A stretch of 64,000 nt of DNA, taken from positions 5,632 through 69,631 of the forward strand of contig PCYA01000014.1 in assembly GCA_002762795.1 (NCBI GenBank), in the 5' to 3' direction. Of the stretch, positions 59,538 to 64,000 are shown piece by piece. The stretch is from Candidatus Woesearchaeota archaeon CG10_big_fil_rev_8_21_14_0_10_37_12 (lineage in GTDB: Archaea; Nanobdellota; Nanobdellia; Woesearchaeales; ARS49). Positions within the stretch are counted from its first letter, which is position 1; each line of letters opens with the position of its first letter. The notes under the pieces were generated by a model. That model made no database searches. It was not told where the DNA came from and worked only from the letters and a program-made list of their open reading frames with translations. A program made the position numbers and the translations under genes.

Positions 59538-60089
59538 TTATTTGTCATCATAAATTTCGCAAAGTCTGAGAGTAGATCTATCAAATAAGTCCGCATACAT
59601 TTCTTTTGTATGGTCTCCAAATTCAACGAGGACGCTGAATGATGTTATTGTGCTTAGTCCTTCATCTTCTGCATCGAGAAGGGTATGAAAGATACATATT
59701 CCTGCAGTTTCACCCATAACAAGAACTGTGCGAATGTTTTTTCCTTCAAGCAATTTTGCAATGTTCGTTCCCATGAATGCGCTCGCGTTAGGTTTTTGGA
59801 TTATTTGTAAACGATCATAGTTGCTAACTTCATTGAGAAGTGGAGAAATTGTGTGTCCTTCTTCTTCAACAGAGATTTCGAAAATTAATATTGGAAGGCG
59901 TCTTGCTATTGCGAATTTGAGAATTTCTTTTTGTCTTCTAATTGCAGGGACATAATGTGCATCCATTCTTGAACGTTGAACAATGAGAGAGTCATTTTGC
60001 ATATCGATGAGGAATACTGCAACATTCTCAGTTGATAACCTATTTTCAATAACTTGTTCAAGTCTTCCTCTGAGTAACTTAAGAGCCAT
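59538..60089 (-). CDS. Isochorismatase-like cysteine hydrolase
   Basis: 'LIDMQ', 'K..ASAF', 'MGETAGICIFHT'. Confidence 0.8.
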   Translation of the reverse strand: MALKLLRGRLEQVIENRLSTENVAVFLIDMQNDSLIVQRSRMDAHYVPAIRRQKEILKFAIARRLPILIFEISVEEEGHTISPLLNEVSNYDRLQIIQKPNASAFMGTNIAKLLEGKNIRTVLVMGETAGICIFHTLLDAEDEGLSTITSFSVLVEFGDHTKEMYADLFDRSTLRLCEIYDDK

Positions 60090-60134
60090 TAAAAAAGCAA
60101 GATAGAACGTGTATAAAATACTTTACCCAAAAAA

Positions 60135-61394
60135 CTAGAAAGGTATACGTTCTCCGATGAGCCAGTTATCGTGTGCTTCAATAATTTTAACAAGCATTTC
60201 TTGTCCTGCTTTCACGTTTTCTCTCACGATAATCAGTTTGTAAGCATAATTTCTACAATTCATACCATCCTTTGCTTCATCTTCTACACTGACTTCTCCT
60301 TCCCAGCCAATCCAATTTTTATTTTGTTCAAGAGCATTTTCTTTGAAAACTTTTGCCAGCTTTCTGCTCCGTTCTTTTGCAATGTTGCCGTGAACTTGTT
60401 GTTCCATTGTTGCAGCTGATGTTCCGGGTCGTGGCGCAAATCTTGCAATGTTAACACTATCTGGCTTAAAGTCTTTAACAAGTTGCAAAGTATCCTGAAA
60501 TTGCTCTTCTGTTTCTGTTGGATAACCCACTATCAAGTCTGTGCTGAATGTCATTTCAGGCAATTCATTTCTAAACGCATTTACAAGTTCTTTGAACGTT
60601 TCAACTGTATGCCCTCGTCTCATTGCCTTGAGAACTTCGTTATTGCCTGCTTGCACAGGAATGTGTAAAAACTTGAAAATATTCGGGTGCTTCATAACTT
60701 CAATCAATTCATGCAAGTACTTTGGTATGTGCCTTGGATTTCCCATTCCTACTCTGATTTTGTAATCTCCTGGAACTCCTTCAACAATTTTTTTCAAAAG
60801 TACTGCAAGGTTGGTTTTACGATCAAAGCCATAACAACAGGTATCTTGCCCTGTGATCCAAATTTGTTTGCACCCGTCATCAACACATTTGCGAACTTCA
60901 TTCACAATAATTTCTGGCGGGTAACTAAACAAAGTTCCTTTAACAAGTCGTGTGCTGCAAAAACCGCAAGCATCTAAGCATCCAGAACTAATTGGTACGA
61001 TTCCAACAACAGGATTTCTGCGCACACGAGGCAACATTAATTTTACGGGTTTCGCTTTGGTTAGAACATCTGTTTTAACTCTCAATAACTCATCTATTTT
61101 GTCAATGTGATGTGTGTTAATTAATTGTACTTCTGGATCTATTTGTTTTATTGGCGCAACAATACTATCTGTAACGCAGCCAGTTATTGCTATTTTTTTG
61201 TTTGGATATTTTTGTTTTACTTTTCTGATTTCTGTGAGTGCTGTTTTGTCTCCTTTTACTGTGCAAATGTTTAGCACAACCAATTCTGCATCTTCTTCGT
61301 TAACGAGCTGCCCTTCTTTGCAGAGTTTGCCAGCTATAATTTCTGATTCTGCATGATTTGCTGAACAACCATAACTTTTGACGTGAAATTTCAT
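60135..61394 (-). CDS. tRNA methylthiotransferase (archaeal MiaB-like/MtaB, radical SAM)
   Basis: 'SYGCSAN', 'CTVK', CxxxCxxC 'CLDACGFC', TRAM-like tail. Confidence 0.9.
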   Translation of the reverse strand: MKFHVKSYGCSANHAESEIIAGKLCKEGQLVNEEDAELVVLNICTVKGDKTALTEIRKVKQKYPNKKIAITGCVTDSIVAPIKQIDPEVQLINTHHIDKIDELLRVKTDVLTKAKPVKLMLPRVRRNPVVGIVPISSGCLDACGFCSTRLVKGTLFSYPPEIIVNEVRKCVDDGCKQIWITGQDTCCYGFDRKTNLAVLLKKIVEGVPGDYKIRVGMGNPRHIPKYLHELIEVMKHPNIFKFLHIPVQAGNNEVLKAMRRGHTVETFKELVNAFRNELPEMTFSTDLIVGYPTETEEQFQDTLQLVKDFKPDSVNIARFAPRPGTSAATMEQQVHGNIAKERSRKLAKVFKENALEQNKNWIGWEGEVSVEDEAKDGMNCRNYAYKLIIVRENVKAGQEMLVKIIEAHDNWLIGERIPF

Positions 61395-61467
61395 GATTTA
61401 TTTTCAAAAACAAGTTCTTTTAAATGCTTCGGTAAAAATTATAAACATGTAACAAATTGTCAAAACA

Positions 61468-62031
61468 ATGAAAATTCCACCAAATGCAAAACAAGTATTC
61501 AAAGGTGTTATTTTTGACGTTTATCAATGGCAGCAAGAAATGTTTGATGGTTCTTTTGAAACGTTTGAACGAGTAAAGCGTCCGCACACGTTGGAAGTTA
61601 TTGCAGTCAAGGGCGATAAAATTATTATTGCTGAACAGGAACAGCCAGGAATGCCCGGACCTATTTTTACTGTTTTTGGCGGTCGTGCTGAAGAGGGCGA
61701 AACTGAACTTGAGGGCGCTAAAAGAGAATTATTAGACGAGGCAGGTTTAGATTCGGATGATTGGGAGTTGTTTAAAACAGTTGAGCCTGAAGCAAAGATT
61801 GATTGGAAGATTCATTATTTTATTGCAAGAAATTGCAAAAAAATCGCGGAACAAAATCTAGAACCTGGAGAAAAAATCACGATCAAAGAAGTAACTTTTG
61901 AAGAGTTTGTGAAAATTGTAAGCGAAGGTCACTTTTGGGGTTCTGATTTGGCGTTAGAACTGTGCAGAATACGATTGTATCCTGAAAAACTTGAAGTGTT
62001 CAGAAAGAAATTGTTTAAGAAATTATTTTAA
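61468..62031 (+). CDS. NUDIX hydrolase
   Basis: 'GGRAEEGETELEGAKRELLDEAGL'. Confidence 0.85.
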   Translation: MKIPPNAKQVFKGVIFDVYQWQQEMFDGSFETFERVKRPHTLEVIAVKGDKIIIAEQEQPGMPGPIFTVFGGRAEEGETELEGAKRELLDEAGLDSDDWELFKTVEPEAKIDWKIHYFIARNCKKIAEQNLEPGEKITIKEVTFEEFVKIVSEGHFWGSDLALELCRIRLYPEKLEVFRKKLFKKLF

Positions 62032-62192
62032 TCATTTTTGGGAAGAACCGTGGTAAACGAAGTATCGTCTCTTCTTATTTCTTTTCTTGTTTTTGCTTGC
62101 TCAAGAGAAACTAATCGTCTGCAGTCAACGCACCATTTTCGCATTGGGCTGTATGATGGCACATCTGTTCCGCATCTTTGACAATTAATCAT
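62028..62192 (-). CDS. Small zinc-finger protein (54 aa), absent from the ORF track
   Basis: MINCQRCG...RKWCVDCR; GAGGGG RBS. Confidence 0.6.
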   Translation of the reverse strand: MINCQRCGTDVPSYSPMRKWCVDCRRLVSLEQAKTRKEIRRDDTSFTTVLPKND

Positions 62193-62301
62193 GAATTTCC
62201 CCTCTGAAAGTTAAATAAAACTTACAAACAATTAATAATTACAACTGGGAAACTATTTAAAAGTATTTCTATTGTTGAACCACTATGTGAAAACAACAAA
62301 T

Positions 62302-62865
62302 TCACTGCTTTGTGACGATTAAAACAACATTATCTCGATCATGTTCAAGATTTTCGTCATGAAGTCTGGTGAATACTTTTATATTGTGTTGTTTATTTTG
62401 TTCTTTTATCTCTTCAATAAAAGGCAATAACAACATACGATGATATATCTGTTCATTGTGTTGTCTTTCAGTCAAAATCAAAGTTCCATTTTTTTTAAGT
62501 TTGGGCAATGCTTGTTTGATAAATTGTTGCGGCAGTATGTGCGAGTCAATGTCCAAAGCCAAAAGCATATCAACACTGTTATCAGCAAAATCATCAAGCG
62601 CTTTTGAATGTCTTGCATGAATAAATTTTGCGTGTTGTTGTTTTTTGCAATAGTCAATAACTGATGAATTTGCATCTATACCTATTTTTTGCGAATACCT
62701 CCCCTTTAGCAAATGTAAGTCTGCTGCTACTCCGCAGCCAACAGACACAACTATTTGGCCTGTTAAATTAATATGGTTGTTAAGAAAATTAAACAAACCG
62801 TGCAATTGTTCTGCGCGCAGCTTAAAGAGTTCATCATTGTGCGCATAATATGTTTTTTTATCCAT
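62302..62865 (-). CDS. Class I SAM-dependent methyltransferase
   Basis: 'VSVGCG', 'IGIDAN', 'LKKNGTLI'. Confidence 0.7.
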   Translation of the reverse strand: MDKKTYYAHNDELFKLRAEQLHGLFNFLNNHINLTGQIVVSVGCGVAADLHLLKGRYSQKIGIDANSSVIDYCKKQQHAKFIHARHSKALDDFADNSVDMLLALDIDSHILPQQFIKQALPKLKKNGTLILTERQHNEQIYHRMLLLPFIEEIKEQNKQHNIKVFTRLHDENLEHDRDNVVLIVTKQ

Positions 62866-62871
62866 GACAAT

Positions 62872-63249
62872 TCACCATTTTTTCTTGCTCAACAACAAAT
62901 AAACGTGTACAAAAATTACTGTTAAAATAAACCATGTTGTAAATATCCACAACGGTAAAAGATTTCCAACAATTAACAACACCAATATTGATGCAACTCC
63001 TGCAACAATGTATAACTCTGTTCTTTTGTATTTCAAAAAATCTGCGCGTGCTCTCAGGAAAAGAAAATAAATAATTGCCAAGTTAACTGTTACGCTGACA
63101 AGCGGAATGAGGAATAGTGCAGACAGTATTCCCATAAATACAAGAAATAAAAGAAACATTACAAAGCCTAATACTGAAAACTGCCCTCTTTTCATAATAT
63201 TGCAAAAGACCGTTGCATATTTATGTATTTTCATCAGAATAAACACCAC
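62872..63249 (-). CDS. Membrane protein
   Basis: 'MKRGQF' start followed by hydrophobic helices. Confidence 0.6.
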   Translation of the reverse strand: MVFILMKIHKYATVFCNIMKRGQFSVLGFVMFLLFLVFMGILSALFLIPLVSVTVNLAIIYFLFLRARADFLKYKRTELYIVAGVASILVLLIVGNLLPLWIFTTWFILTVIFVHVYLLLSKKKW

Positions 63250-63350
63250 TTCACAGTCACTACTAAATAATTCTAAGTATGATCGTTGTCAAATTCAGAA
63301 TTATTTTCTTTTGCGAAAGTTTTTTAAACCGTTTTTGATTTTCAATTGAT

Positions 63351-63545
63351 ATGGGGAGAATTAAGACTAAGTTAACCAAAAGGCTCACGTTTGACATACT
63401 TAAAAAAGAGCGTGCACATTTGTCGAAGGATTTTGAAGAGAACAAAAAAGTAGTTGGCGAGTTGTTAGGGACAACAAGCAAGAAAATCCGCAATACAGTA
63501 GCTGGATACGTTACAAGATTAATGAGAAGCGATAAAGAATACTAG
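63351..63545 (+). CDS. rps17e: Ribosomal protein S17e
   Basis: 'MGRIKTK...DFEENKK...SKKIRNTVAGYVT'. Confidence 0.95.
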   Translation: MGRIKTKLTKRLTFDILKKERAHLSKDFEENKKVVGELLGTTSKKIRNTVAGYVTRLMRSDKEY

Positions 63546-63554
63546 GGGGACGCA

Positions 63555-63863
63555 ATGGAAGACGAACTTAATGAAAACATAACAAGACAAGATAACAATG
63601 TGCTTATTGGTAACAAGCCATTTATGAACTATGTTACTGGTGTTGTTATGCAGTTTACGACAAAGCAAGCAGATGAAGTCATTATTAAAGCTCGCGGCAA
63701 GTTTATTGCGCGTGCAGTTGACATTGCAGAAGTTTCTTCAAAAAGATTTTTGGACAACACAGTCCATGTAAATGATATCAAAATTGATTCAGAAGAATTC
63801 ACAAACACTGAAGGCAGACAGGTCCGCGTGTCCACAATTGAAATTTCTTTGAAGAAACATTAA
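63555..63863 (+). CDS. albA: DNA/RNA-binding protein Alba
   Basis: 'IGNKPFMNYV', 'KARG..I.RAVD', 'VSTIEI'. Confidence 0.95.
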   Translation: MEDELNENITRQDNNVLIGNKPFMNYVTGVVMQFTTKQADEVIIKARGKFIARAVDIAEVSSKRFLDNTVHVNDIKIDSEEFTNTEGRQVRVSTIEISLKKH

Positions 63864-64000
63864 TTTATTTTTTTCCCTTTGCAGCCAATGCATATGTTTC
63901 TATGTCAGGCCTATAGCTTTCAAGAAGTGATCTTATGGTTGTGTTTACAGGAACAATATCTTGCAGTGCATCATTTTTGACAAGTACTGAATCTTGCTGA

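Overview
AT-rich window from an archaeon, most likely DPANN/Woesearchaeota-like. This rests on aIF2-gamma, S17e, Alba, an archaeal-type MiaB-like methylthiotransferase, Lhr, TrmB and double-domain Lrp regulators, alongside grpE-dnaK-dnaJ and cspA. It opens inside a giant Ig-repeat surface protein and carries housekeeping genes, orphan solute-binding proteins, several toxin-antitoxin loci and one intron-containing tRNA with conflicting identity elements. The main signal that genes do not explain is a family of non-coding, modular palindromic insertion elements, with at least 10 loci. They are mostly built from head-to-head hairpin units (YGTCA-stem...stem-TGA-GCA). They insert with no target duplication, nest inside one another, swap modules and show arms in flip and flop orientation. 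They have cleanly split two enzyme genes and the last codons of two others, and precise removal restores the reading frame in all four cases. No transposase or HUH nuclease gene is visible in the window. All product calls come from reading motifs by eye, with no database search.
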